Below are positions 10,017 through 19,242 of a stretch of DNA of 64,000 nt, one piece after another. Origin of the DNA: a virus; the IMG/VR virus record IMGVR_UViG_3300048074_000120, positions 96,001 to 160,000 of that record; one strand, written 5' to 3'. The notes below the pieces were generated by a model, which saw only the letters and a list, made by a program, of their open reading frames with translations, did not search any database and was not told where the DNA came from. Numbering within the stretch: position 1 is the first letter of the stretch; the number at the start of each line of letters is the position of its first letter. Both the position numbers and the translations under genes were made by a program.

Positions 10017-13000
10017 TGACGTCAACTAAGAAGGCGGCAAGCCTGCCTGTATTGAGTGCGTTCTGAGAGCGCTGCGCCCAAATCGTCCTATCGTAGTTGT
10101 AGACCAAAGCGACCAGGTCGATGGGACTCACCACGGATGTAGCTCCCCGCTGATAAGCCTTATTGACCAGGTCGCTCGACTCCAGGTAGTCCGCCGGGAA
10201 CAGCCCCGTAACGTAGTTGGCAAAGTCATTCGACACAACATCGGAGCTTGACCCACCCACGTATTCGAAATCGAATCGAATAAAGTGCGGTATCAAGTGC
10301 CTAGCCAGTGGGTTCGAACAGACCACGCGCTCTGTCTCGGAATGCACGAAGTTCTGCACGTCGCTGGTCAGCGTAGACCTATCGTAGGAGATCTCTAGAT
10401 TCTGCCCACTGAGCTGCGTTGCATTCGAAGGGCTGTCAGAAACTCCCACTTCCAAAATCGACCGAGAGACATGTAGTCGCGGCTTCTCCACGGTAGAGAA
10501 CGCCAAGTTGGGATCATCCGTGGTCAAGTAATAGCCGTCACTGCGGTAGCCCTCAGCCCGAAGCTGCACACCACTATCGATGTTGTAGAGATCGCCCGTG
10601 CCTTCGCTGACGAGCTCCACGTCGAAGTAGTAAAGGCCCGCCGCAGCGGTGTTCCCATTCATCTGCGTGGAGCTACAACGCTGCGTTGATGGACGCCTCA
10701 CCCGCCATTTGACCCTAGACTCCGTCACGCTAAACGGGGAGGACACAACCACCGAGCCACCGCCTAGCGTGTCGGCGTTCACCACCGAGATGGTGTACCC
10801 GTCAGAGTGCCTATTGGCTGAGTCATTCGTCAAATCAACAAGGCCTAGCCCAAGCGCAACGTTGGCCGTGCCTATACCTCGAATGATGACTGAGACATCC
10901 GCCACGAACTCCAAATGGTTGGTCGCCGACAGGCTAGCGATAACTCGACCGACCGCCGTGTTGATCTGGGAAGCTACCTCGCTACGAAGTACATCGGTCA
11001 AGTTCGGAGCCCCCGCATGGCCGAAGGTCACCAACTGATCTGCGCCACCATCAATCGACAAGAGCAGCGTCTTGCGCACCAAGTTGGCCAAGATGGTGGG
11101 CAGTACAAGGCTTCCTGTGATGGGCACATACAGAAGATCCAAGATGTCCCCGGGAATGATGGACTCCATAGAAAACTTGTAGCCGGCAGAGAACACAGCC
11201 CCCGCAGCCGTCACACTGCCATCGCTAGGGAGCGTCGTTGCCGGATACGCCGGAACTTTGACGTAGTCCAGCGTAGGGTCGGGGAAAAACCTAAGCAGAG
11301 CCCCACCCGGTAGCGTCACCGAGAACATGGAAGTCGGCCCAAACTCAACGCTCGTTGGCGACAAGAAGTAGCAACGGGCACCACCCAAGGAACGAGCCCC
11401 TACACGAACATGTCGATTGAGCTCGGGAGCAAACGCTGACCCCACTGCTATGAGCACCGTGTCTGCTAGTGGCACTTGCAAGCTACCGTAAAAGCCAGGC
11501 TGCACCCCATCAACCACCTGAACCACGTCAAGGTTGCCCGCGGTAATTGCCGGGGGCCAATCGGAGGCAGAGGGCACTCGGATGTCACCCACCGTGCATC
11601 GGAAGAAAGTCCCGAGAAGGACAAGCATGGCATCCCCGGTGTTGATCTCCATCAACGGATCTAACGGAACGAACCCAACGTAAGTGTGCCCTTGGTTCGT
11701 CAACGGGACTGCCAGTACTGTGTTGGGGCCAAGGGCTAGCACGGCAGCTGCATTGATCTCAGCAATGACCTGCACCGCCGTCATAGATGACCCGTAAAAA
11801 CCAGTGGCGAAGTTCACCGTAATGGACGTGGGATACCCAGGGGGAGAACTCGGTAGCGAAACAACGAGGCTATGGTCCCCGATCAAGAAGCCACCAATGG
11901 GCTCTGCGACAGAAATAATCCCAAGTCGCGCCGCAGTGGTCTCATACTTCACGCCACGCCCTGGGTTCTCAAAGGCACGACTTTGTATGTCGACAATCTT
12001 GGCGTAAGGAACCACTGATCCGACGGGCTGCCCCGAGGAATCGAGCAACTCAATCTTACTCACGCGGACGAACGGCAACTGCAGGCCCCCTGCCGCATTA
12101 GCCCTAAATATAGTGTACGACAGGTCAATGTTGGTTGACGTCAGCGCTCGATCCAACTTCACGGAATCGAAGGCAGGTAGCGACTTCACCACGTAGTCGT
12201 TGGCATCGGGGCCCTCCAAGATGCGAAGGACATCATTCTCGCTAACGCCTAGCGACAGTAGATCCGTAGTCCCTGCAGTGGTCACCACATCGGAGTTCTG
12301 TATCGTCTGTAGGTCAGTACCAGAGACTCGAGTCTCCTTGGGCTCCAGCAGGTCAATATCAATGACGTCCACCAACCGCCAGCGTGAATCGGTCGCCGGG
12401 GGAACTGCGGGAGCTGGAGAAATCTGAAGCAATGGGTGCGAGCTCAGCACCTGGGTGACCTGCGTTACACGATAATCTCCAGCAGCTATTCCATCGAGAA
12501 TCTGCAGTGTGTACCCGAACTGCTGCGCGTTGACGAGCGCGTTGTAGATGTCATCGCCCACCGAGTAGTTGTCACCAAAGGCGTTGCCTAGCGTCAAATC
12601 ACCCAGCTGCACGGTATCGGCAGAAACAAAAGATAGATGAATACCCTCCGCCGCGGGCGTTGCATCCGTGATGCTGTCGAGCACGAGTGAACTACTATCA
12701 AAGGAACTTCCCCGCACGGACACATCGAAAAGACCACCGATATGAATCTCCCCATCGGGGATCGCCACGGTGCCATTGGCCGTATCTGGGAAGAGCAACC
12801 CGCCAGGGATACCGCTGAGAGTCAACTCCCTCTTTCGAAGCATCCACGGCCTATTCGTGTAAGCCGGCAAAAACACCTGGTCCACCACGTCTACCGTCTG
12901 CGCATCAACGGCTCGCAGGACCTGCAGGTCCCGAATCAATGGAGTGCTTGCAAACGCTTGAATCACCGTCAGGTAAAAGGACCCTGGGGTACTCGAGTCA

Positions 13001-13971
13001 ATCAGCGCCGTAAAGTCTATCCCCACGTCATCCACGGCAAACCTGCGAGTCGTAGGCTTACCAATACCGTCGGAGATGGTTTTGCCATAGATGCCACCGG
13101 CAAGAGGACCCCCGAGCCCGCCCCCAGTCAGGACATCTCGCTGCATCTCCGGATCGCCAAATCCCACCACGGCAAGGCGAGACACATCTGGAAAAGCCTT
13201 TGGGACGCGTGCGCCAATGCCCCGCAACGTCACCATAGAGCGCTCAGTCAACTCCTGCTGCGTGCGACCCACAAAGTCCACTGCCGTCTCCGCGGTGTTG
13301 CCGCTAGAGAACCGCCTTAGGTTCACCACACGTGCAGTGCCCTCGAGGTTGGCGATGTTCGCGAGCTCGTTGGGGCCAATGTTGTAGGCAGTGCCCGGCT
13401 GCTCAGCGATGGTGTTGATGTCGAAGTAGTACAGGCTACCGTCGAGGTTGAGCAGCATCTCATCGACCGTGATGTCCTGCTTGCCATCAGGGAAGAAGTG
13501 CAGACCGCCCTTCGATGTGAAAAAGTTCGCAGGCGTCACTGACACATTGCGCGGCTGCGCAAAGTACACACGGCCAACACCGCGGGCATAGTCCCCAAGT
13601 TGGCGCGTACTAAAGAGGTTAGCTCCGAGCGCGTCCGCCTCCTCTGTCGTGAGAGTTGTAGGATCCTTGAAGCTCAAGCTGTTTCGAACCCTAAACACCT
13701 CACGCACGAACGGGTCAAACAACAGCACGCTGGGCTTTACCAAAAGGTCGATGAGCGCGTCACCCTCTTCCGTCGACATCTCCGGGAAGGCTTGCTTCAA
13801 CCGTGTGCTGAGGAATGTTGCCAGATCGACCGTAAACGGGTCTGTCCCAAGCCTACGCAAGACGGGTTGGATGATTTGAACATCCGCAGGAGAGCCCGAT
13901 GAGACGTCCATGTTCTCATCAAAAGCTCGCAATCGTTCTTGGAGAAATACCTGTAGGTCGAAAACAGCCAT
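9991..13971 (-). CDS. Baseplate J-like/wedge protein, about 1326 aa
   Basis: N-terminus YARGVGRVYFAQP..FFTSKGGLHF..INTIAEQPGTAYNIGPNEL..NLRRFSSGNTAET matches baseplate J pattern; repeated VLxILxGxxAGxYxV modules; start ATG 13971. Confidence 0.75.
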   Translation of the reverse strand: MAVFDLQVFLQERLRAFDENMDVSSGSPADVQIIQPVLRRLGTDPFTVDLATFLSTRLKQAFPEMSTEEGDALIDLLVKPSVLLFDPFVREVFRVRNSLSFKDPTTLTTEEADALGANLFSTRQLGDYARGVGRVYFAQPRNVSVTPANFFTSKGGLHFFPDGKQDITVDEMLLNLDGSLYYFDINTIAEQPGTAYNIGPNELANIANLEGTARVVNLRRFSSGNTAETAVDFVGRTQQELTERSMVTLRGIGARVPKAFPDVSRLAVVGFGDPEMQRDVLTGGGLGGPLAGGIYGKTISDGIGKPTTRRFAVDDVGIDFTALIDSSTPGSFYLTVIQAFASTPLIRDLQVLRAVDAQTVDVVDQVFLPAYTNRPWMLRKRELTLSGIPGGLLFPDTANGTVAIPDGEIHIGGLFDVSVRGSSFDSSSLVLDSITDATPAAEGIHLSFVSADTVQLGDLTLGNAFGDNYSVGDDIYNALVNAQQFGYTLQILDGIAAGDYRVTQVTQVLSSHPLLQISPAPAVPPATDSRWRLVDVIDIDLLEPKETRVSGTDLQTIQNSDVVTTAGTTDLLSLGVSENDVLRILEGPDANDYVVKSLPAFDSVKLDRALTSTNIDLSYTIFRANAAGGLQLPFVRVSKIELLDSSGQPVGSVVPYAKIVDIQSRAFENPGRGVKYETTAARLGIISVAEPIGGFLIGDHSLVVSLPSSPPGYPTSITVNFATGFYGSSMTAVQVIAEINAAAVLALGPNTVLAVPLTNQGHTYVGFVPLDPLMEINTGDAMLVLLGTFFRCTVGDIRVPSASDWPPAITAGNLDVVQVVDGVQPGFYGSLQVPLADTVLIAVGSAFAPELNRHVRVGARSLGGARCYFLSPTSVEFGPTSMFSVTLPGGALLRFFPDPTLDYVKVPAYPATTLPSDGSVTAAGAVFSAGYKFSMESIIPGDILDLLYVPITGSLVLPTILANLVRKTLLLSIDGGADQLVTFGHAGAPNLTDVLRSEVASQINTAVGRVIASLSATNHLEFVADVSVIIRGIGTANVALGLGLVDLTNDSANRHSDGYTISVVNADTLGGGSVVVSSPFSVTESRVKWRVRRPSTQRCSSTQMNGNTAAAGLYYFDVELVSEGTGDLYNIDSGVQLRAEGYRSDGYYLTTDDPNLAFSTVEKPRLHVSRSILEVGVSDSPSNATQLSGQNLEISYDRSTLTSDVQNFVHSETERVVCSNPLARHLIPHFIRFDFEYVGGSSSDVVSNDFANYVTGLFPADYLESSDLVNKAYQRGATSVVSPIDLVALVYNYDRTIWAQRSQNALNTGRLAAFLVDVINVNRRSG

Positions 13972-13995
13972 TGTGCTTACGCCTAGCATAGCACG

Positions 13996-14022
13996 CAAGA
14001 ACACTGCAAATTCGGGAATAAG
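13996..14022 (+). promoter_or_regulatory. Repeated phage promoter motif, copy 1
   Basis: CAAGAACACTGCAAATT-CGGGAATAAG, then AGAAGGAG and ATG 14043. Confidence 0.7.
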
Positions 14023-14042
14023 ATAGATAGAAGGAGAAGACC

Positions 14043-14945
14043 ATGACTACCAAGCTTTTATCGATTGCGTTCGCATTGATTGTTACAGCTTGCAGTGGAC
14101 AAGCCTTCGAGAATTCAGCCGTGTCAGAGCCAGCTGCCGCAGGAACTTCAACCATTGAAAGTACAAGCGCGCCTATGGCTACCGGCGGATCCTCGAGCAT
14201 TGCCACAACCACGCAGGCTACAGGGGGAAACACGTGGGCAACAACAACCTCAAGCACCGGTGGCGAATCGGCCACGGGTGGCACAACCAACCTCATTTCC
14301 GCAACCGGCGGGCGCTCAAGCGTCTCTACAACGGGCGCAACTGGCGGCGCTGGAACAACTGGAGGAATGAAGGCCACAGGCGGATCGCCGGCAACCGGCG
14401 GAACAACTGCCAAAGCCGCCACTGGCGGATCCAACGGATCAGGCGGAAGTACTTTCTCGGCAACCGGCGGGAAGAACTCCACGGGAGGCTCCTCTGCAAC
14501 GGGCCACACCTGCAACCAGCTATACCCGGCTTGCTCGACGGTTTGCGACAAGTCTCAGATCACCAACTGCAAGTACATCAGCGCTGGCGCAACCGATCTC
14601 ATCGACAGCGACTGCAATGCCTTCTGGGACGCCTTCTGCACCGGCTCGGCTGGCACAGGAGGAGCGGCTGGGACTGGCGGATCACCTTCGACGGGTGGCT
14701 CATCGGCAACCGGCGGATCATCTGCCACTGCTGGTGGAAACCTCTCAACCGGCGGGAACCAAGCCACGGGTGGTTCAGCACAGAGTACCACGCTGTCCTG
14801 CGAGGCCGCCTCCGCAGATGTCTGCCACAACACCTGCTATGCAGGGGGCATGGCCTGCGATGGTGATGGGGCTCGATACCAAGTCTGCGCCGACTGCCTA
14901 AAGAACTGCTGCATCCAAAACTGCGGCACACATGCAGGTTGTTGA
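14043..14945 (+). CDS. Myxobacterial-type lipoprotein with Gly/Thr/Ser xTGG repeats and Cys-rich domains
   Basis: Lipobox LIVTAC; more than 15 xTGG units; two Cys clusters. Confidence 0.8.
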   Translation: MTTKLLSIAFALIVTACSGQAFENSAVSEPAAAGTSTIESTSAPMATGGSSSIATTTQATGGNTWATTTSSTGGESATGGTTNLISATGGRSSVSTTGATGGAGTTGGMKATGGSPATGGTTAKAATGGSNGSGGSTFSATGGKNSTGGSSATGHTCNQLYPACSTVCDKSQITNCKYISAGATDLIDSDCNAFWDAFCTGSAGTGGAAGTGGSPSTGGSSATGGSSATAGGNLSTGGNQATGGSAQSTTLSCEAASADVCHNTCYAGGMACDGDGARYQVCADCLKNCCIQNCGTHAGC

Positions 14946-14953
14946 GCGTAGGT

Positions 14954-14988
14954 AGAAGAACTAGCCCAAGGCTGGTTCTTCTTTAGCC
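14954..14988 (+). terminator. Intrinsic terminator with TTAGCC tail
   Basis: AGAAGAACTAGCC-CAA-GGCTGGTTCTTCT-TTAGCC. Confidence 0.7.
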
Positions 14989-14993
14989 ACTTG

Positions 14994-15020
14994 AAAATAC
15001 AGCCAATGTTCGGGCACAAG
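14994..15020 (+). promoter_or_regulatory. Repeated promoter motif, degenerate copy 2
   Basis: AAAATACAGCCAATGTT-CGGGCACAAG, then GGAGG and ATG 15039. Confidence 0.45.
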
Positions 15021-15038
15021 AACACTGGAGGTTTCTGC

Positions 15039-15551
15039 ATGAAACTAGTTAGTTGGGAGTTCAAGGCACTATTGATCGCTATGGTCAAATTAGATAGCGG
15101 AGAACTGCTATGTACAACCCAGGCACTATTGAGCGCACTGGGACTAGACCGCAAGCAACTGGAGTGGGTAATGCAAAAGTACCGTGGCAGGTTCAACCCG
15201 CTTAGACCCGAGAAACTAGGGGCTAACGTGTTGGAGTTCCTTCAACTGAATAGGGACACGCTGGGTATAAGACGCGTCAGAAGTGACATGCTGCTGTGGC
15301 CCCTGAAAGACGCCCTGGCCGTAGCCTTCCATGTCCATACGGACTTGGCATGGGAATTCCATCAGGCAGCCATTGAGCTGGTAGAAAAGAACGCGGCAGA
15401 GCGCAGTGTATCTAGGGAAGAATATGACTCCATGCTCTCAAGAATAGCCCTTCTTGAGCAAACTGTACCCGCGCTGCAAAGCATGGCGTCGCTAGCTGGG
15501 TCGAACCTCAGAGCACAGCGAGACACCAAAGCGCTTAGGGCCATGAACTGA
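15039..15551 (+). CDS. Antirepressor/Bro-N-like DNA-binding protein (tentative)
   Basis: ELLCTTQALLSALG..LLWP..DALAVAF..T.LA.EF pattern plus C-terminal coiled coil; SD GGAGG before ATG 15039. Confidence 0.45.
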   Translation: MKLVSWEFKALLIAMVKLDSGELLCTTQALLSALGLDRKQLEWVMQKYRGRFNPLRPEKLGANVLEFLQLNRDTLGIRRVRSDMLLWPLKDALAVAFHVHTDLAWEFHQAAIELVEKNAAERSVSREEYDSMLSRIALLEQTVPALQSMASLAGSNLRAQRDTKALRAMN

Positions 15552-15560
15552 TATCAACTG

Positions 15561-15600
15561 AAAAGACGGAAGTACGTACCCGTCTTTTCTTTAGCCCCTC
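15561..15600 (+). terminator. Intrinsic terminator with TTAGCCCC tail
   Basis: AAAAGACGG-AAGTACGTAC-CCGTCTTTT-CTTTAGCCCCTC. Confidence 0.75.
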
Positions 15601-15601
15601 G

Positions 15602-15628
15602 AAAGAACAACCTCTTTCACGGCATAAG
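15602..15628 (+). promoter_or_regulatory. Repeated promoter motif, degenerate orphan copy 3 (no plus-strand gene follows)
   Basis: AAAGAACAACCTCTTTC-ACGGCATAAG directly after terminator tail. Confidence 0.35.
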
Positions 15629-15751
15629 AGCTACGAGTTGAAAGCATGTAACGCGTTCATCACTTGAAGAAGCGCCGCGTTGTCTCGAAAGAGAAAGTAG
15701 CCACTCAAGTGGAGGCACGCCGCAAGGCGTGCACCATTTCTTAGCGCCTCA

Positions 15752-16408
15752 TCAAGCTTCGAAGCGCGCCACAGCGGACTTACCCGCTTGCGAGGTGAGC
15801 TCGATGGAAACCAAGATCGCCGTCTCATTCTTGTTGAATCCAGCGGACAGCACCTTGGCTGAAAGCAAACGCTCATCAGGAGGAATCGCCTGATTGCGGC
15901 CCTGCACCTGAACGATCTGACGTGCCGTTGCATCCACGCTCACGATGATGCCAGCAACCACATCTGAGCCTTCGTTGGTCCCTACGCTTTGCCCGAGATG
16001 AACCAAACCGCCTCCGCCTGACTTTGGTGCGAATATATCAGTCCCAGGCGTCGTCAGAAGGAGCTTCAAAAAGAGCTGCATCAACTTCAAGATGCCGCGA
16101 GTCTTACTCGGCGTACGGCCAATACTGAAACGAATGTAGCTCCTTGGGGAAACCAACAGTTTTCGACTGAGCACCGAAATCGAAGTGATAGTTGAATTCA
16201 CCAAAGGCTTCGGAACTTCGGCGAGCAAACGGGTCTTACTGAGCACGACGAAGGAGGGCACAGACACTTGATTCATCAAGACGTCTTCGACCGCGCGAAA
16301 ATCATCCCCGTAGATGTCGAGCGTTCTGACAGGCAGCCTCGGGACAGTCTTGACCTGACTGATCTTCACGAACTCTTGAGGAAATATACATTGAAAATCA
16401 ACTGGCAT
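15752..16408 (-). CDS. Baseplate wedge gp25/GPW-like protein with N-terminal Ig/IPT-like domain
   Basis: C-terminal PDERLLSAKVLSAGFNKNETAILVSIELTSQAG; start moved to ATG 16408. Confidence 0.7.
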   Translation of the reverse strand: MPVDFQCIFPQEFVKISQVKTVPRLPVRTLDIYGDDFRAVEDVLMNQVSVPSFVVLSKTRLLAEVPKPLVNSTITSISVLSRKLLVSPRSYIRFSIGRTPSKTRGILKLMQLFLKLLLTTPGTDIFAPKSGGGGLVHLGQSVGTNEGSDVVAGIIVSVDATARQIVQVQGRNQAIPPDERLLSAKVLSAGFNKNETAILVSIELTSQAGKSAVARFEA

Positions 16409-16412
16409 TTGG

Positions 16413-16910
16413 TTACCCCAGATGCTTCCAACCAATATGCAAAGCATAGTACACTGAGGACAACGCCACGCCATACTTCTTAGCTAAATAAGACAGCGTG
16501 ATTTTTCTCGGAATGTATTCGTCTCTAATTTTCTTCACCACAGCTTCGGTGAGTATAGCATTACCGTGCTGCTCACCATGCACATGAACAGTTCCACTCA
16601 CGTGGCGCCCTTTGGCCACTTTGTCCCGCATATTGTCTAAAGGAGTGCCCTCAAATAGATGACCAGGATTGCAACACGAAGGACGATCGCAATGATGGAG
16701 TACTTGTAATTTCCCTAAGTATCCCTTCTCGCTCAGCCAGGCTACCCGATGCGCACGCATCGACTTGATCTTCGTACTTACACCGAAGACCCCATAGCCA
16801 TCCTTGTCCACTGCCCCTTTCCAAAGCCAACAGCGGGTCTCTAGGATCGGATGTACTGGCCCATTCTTATCGACGTGCGACCAGAATCGAGCTAACGTTC
16901 TCTCGTCCAT
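16413..16910 (-). CDS. HNH homing endonuclease with C-terminal HTH (paralog A)
   Basis: RFWSHVDK..CWLWKG..GYG..RAHRVAW..VLHHCDRPSCCNPGHLFEGT..DN. Confidence 0.9.
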   Translation of the reverse strand: MDERTLARFWSHVDKNGPVHPILETRCWLWKGAVDKDGYGVFGVSTKIKSMRAHRVAWLSEKGYLGKLQVLHHCDRPSCCNPGHLFEGTPLDNMRDKVAKGRHVSGTVHVHGEQHGNAILTEAVVKKIRDEYIPRKITLSYLAKKYGVALSSVYYALHIGWKHLG

Positions 16911-16987
16911 TTTGAAATTGCCTTTCATGGACCTACCCCCGGTCGAGTAGAAGCGACGCGGGGGTTCTTACTGTAACACAACGAGAC

Positions 16988-17028
16988 GCTAAAAAAAGAA
17001 CGGCCCTCCTGGTGAGAGAGGGCCATTC
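16988..17028 (-). terminator. Intrinsic terminator after endolysin, with TTAGC tail
   Basis: Minus strand GAATGGCCCTC-TCTCACCAG-GAGGGCCGTTC-TTTTTTTAGC. Confidence 0.75.
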
Positions 17029-17099
17029 CATCCAAACAACCTGTAACCTGCAACGGACTCAAGTACGCCTGCCAAAGCTAGCTTCTTCGAAAACAAGTG

Positions 17100-17774
17100 T
17101 CAACTGGCGTCGCCGAGCAGAGTGATGTCCCTCACGCAGGACTGGTCAACTGCATTAGGGGCATTGTCCTTTTGAATCTCGGAGAACATGGGCCCAACCA
17201 ACGTTTGAGCCAGTGACCAAGGAACACCGCCCGGAGTTGAAATTTTATCCGGATCAGGTGGAGGCTTACCGTTGTAGTTGTACCTTGGCACCCAGAGCTT
17301 ATGCGTTAGCCACCAGGCAGGTTTATTGAGCATGGCCCACGTTGAGGTACCCCCGTAGATATAGAGCTCCTCATATTTATCCACGAGCAACTGGATGTAT
17401 TGCTCGATCTTGGGGTTCCACGACGGCGTAGGTTCAGTCCAAACGTTTCCTGATTGCTTACGCGTAACGTAACGCTCTACATCGATCGCAGGAATGATGT
17501 AACTGTAGCCAGCGTCCCCATACCCCACAAGCTCCGCGCCTCGAAGGAAAGTCGCAAACTGCTGGTCTACATCGACGTCAGGGCGAAAGAACGTGTAAAG
17601 ACCAAAGGGCTTACCCGTCTTCTGAATAGCAGCGGTGTGCGGCTGCAAGTTCTTTGAAAGGGTATTGCCCTCATTGCACTTGACGATACCGCCCACAATA
17701 CGAGAATCGTCCCACGGAACCAAGGTTGGAGCTTGGTAGCCAGATACGTCACAAACGATGTTGTACTTACTCAT
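17100..17774 (-). CDS. GH25 muramidase (endolysin)
   Basis: DVSGYQ, GGIVKCNEG, PFGLYTF, PAIDVE, LWVPRY, VDQ. Confidence 0.85.
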   Translation of the reverse strand: MSKYNIVCDVSGYQAPTLVPWDDSRIVGGIVKCNEGNTLSKNLQPHTAAIQKTGKPFGLYTFFRPDVDVDQQFATFLRGAELVGYGDAGYSYIIPAIDVERYVTRKQSGNVWTEPTPSWNPKIEQYIQLLVDKYEELYIYGGTSTWAMLNKPAWWLTHKLWVPRYNYNGKPPPDPDKISTPGGVPWSLAQTLVGPMFSEIQKDNAPNAVDQSCVRDITLLGDAS

Positions 17775-17786
17775 CTTAGCTCGCTT

Positions 17787-18509
17787 TCATTGGTTTGCTG
17801 CTGCGCGCTCCTTGTAGGTGCAAGGAACATCCGTAGCACCAGTATAAACGACATCGCTTGAACTATTCAGAGCCTTCGCCCAGTTGTTCGCGATGGTGCA
17901 GCGGAGCTTGGCCTCAGCATCAATGTAGTAGCCATGGCCCTTGTTGATGTGCGGACACTTGCCGGAGCGATAGGCTGCGAGCCAGACGCTCACCGGAGCA
18001 AACTTGTTCCCTGAATCTAAGCACGTATTCTTCCAGTGGCGCAGAATGCCGTAAGCCGCAACAACGTTCGTCGTTGGCTCCCGCAGATCCTTCTCACTCA
18101 TCTTCGCAGGCAACTCTGCACGGAGCTCTTCCCACGCCTTGAAATTGTAGATGGTCCCTCGACCCACCTGCATGGGCCCAACTGAGTTACAAACCGTCTT
18201 GATGACGGGCTTGTACCCATCCGGCCAGAGCCCACTTGGGACCTTTGAGTACTTGTGGGAAAAACCACAATCCCCATCGGGCGCGGGCAGCCGCATCCGA
18301 TTCTCCCTGTAGTTCACCGCAGCCAGGAGCACAAAGTCGTACCCGGGGTCTACTAGATAACCCTCCGTAGCAACCCTTTCGTGTACCTCGAGCATCTGGG
18401 TGATGTCCTTCTCAAAGTCACTCTTCAACTGATCATTACGGGCAACATTTGGTGCCTCACGCAGGATCATTGCCAACACCAAAGAAGCCAATGTGTGTAC
18501 TAACGTCAT
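17787..18509 (-). CDS. Lytic transglycosylase (SLT-like) with N-terminal signal/anchor
   Basis: AAVNYRENR, SVGPMQV, LREPTTNVVAAYGIL, LAAYRSG. Confidence 0.7.
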   Translation of the reverse strand: MTLVHTLASLVLAMILREAPNVARNDQLKSDFEKDITQMLEVHERVATEGYLVDPGYDFVLLAAVNYRENRMRLPAPDGDCGFSHKYSKVPSGLWPDGYKPVIKTVCNSVGPMQVGRGTIYNFKAWEELRAELPAKMSEKDLREPTTNVVAAYGILRHWKNTCLDSGNKFAPVSVWLAAYRSGKCPHINKGHGYYIDAEAKLRCTIANNWAKALNSSSDVVYTGATDVPCTYKERAAANQ

Positions 18510-18521
18510 GACGATTTTCCT

Positions 18522-19181
18522 TCAGCAGGCGTCATCGGGAACTACATCGCGGCAGCACCGAAACCCTGTCTCGTAATAATGCCAAAGCGGGGAATGCGTT
18601 GTAATGGCGTAGGCGCAAGAAGCTCCCTTGGAGGCCCAGTAGCCACCCACCAAACACCAGCCGTAAAGGCCGCTGTCACAGCGCACCCACTCCTCGGCAT
18701 TGCCAACCATGTCGTAGGCCCCTGCGGAGCTTACGCACTTACCAAACGATCCAGATGGAGAACTCTGGTTTAGCTTGACGAGTTCTCGTTCATCGCGTTT
18801 CGCCACCTTCTCGGCGTTGACCTCCTTCCAGCGTGCGCCGGTATTGCACGCCATCGCGTCATACTTGTCCCCATAGGGATACAAAAATCCCTCTGGGCCA
18901 CGGCAGGCCGCCATCCACTCTGTTCTTGTGCACACACGCTTACCAACAGAGAGGCACAGCATCGATGCATCAATCGGGGAGCCATAGACCTCTGGCTCTC
19001 CACTCACAGCCAGCAGCGGGGGCACCCCTGGGGTGTTGGGCCACTCGTAGGCATCGATACAAACGTTGTCCGTCGCACGAACCATTCCTAAAGGGCAATC
19101 CTCCACGCACGGCGCTTTTGCTGTAAACAAAAACACAGCGCTAAAGCAAGTACATGCTCTTTTGCTCAATAGAACCTCCAC
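18522..19181 (-). CDS. Formylglycine-generating-enzyme (FGE/SUMF1) domain protein
   Basis: CIDAYEW, CLSVGKRVCTRTEWMAAC, YPYG, YDMVGNAEEWV, GGYW, GFRCC. Confidence 0.85.
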   Translation of the reverse strand: MEVLLSKRACTCFSAVFLFTAKAPCVEDCPLGMVRATDNVCIDAYEWPNTPGVPPLLAVSGEPEVYGSPIDASMLCLSVGKRVCTRTEWMAACRGPEGFLYPYGDKYDAMACNTGARWKEVNAEKVAKRDERELVKLNQSSPSGSFGKCVSSAGAYDMVGNAEEWVRCDSGLYGWCLVGGYWASKGASCAYAITTHSPLWHYYETGFRCCRDVVPDDAC

Positions 19182-19242
19182 TAGCTCTTATAGCATGAGA
19201 CAAATGCCGAAAATGTAGTCGGCGACTCAATGCTTGAGGGAA

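Noticed and set aside
1328-13902. Numerous plus-strand ORFs of 60-230 aa opposite the structural genes
   Set aside because: Shadow frames of long GC-rich minus-strand genes; Arg/Pro/Ser-rich, no SD, no motifs
18522-19181. Diversity-generating retroelement
   Set aside because: The FGE fold is a known DGR target, but I saw no reverse transcriptase, Avd or template repeat in the window
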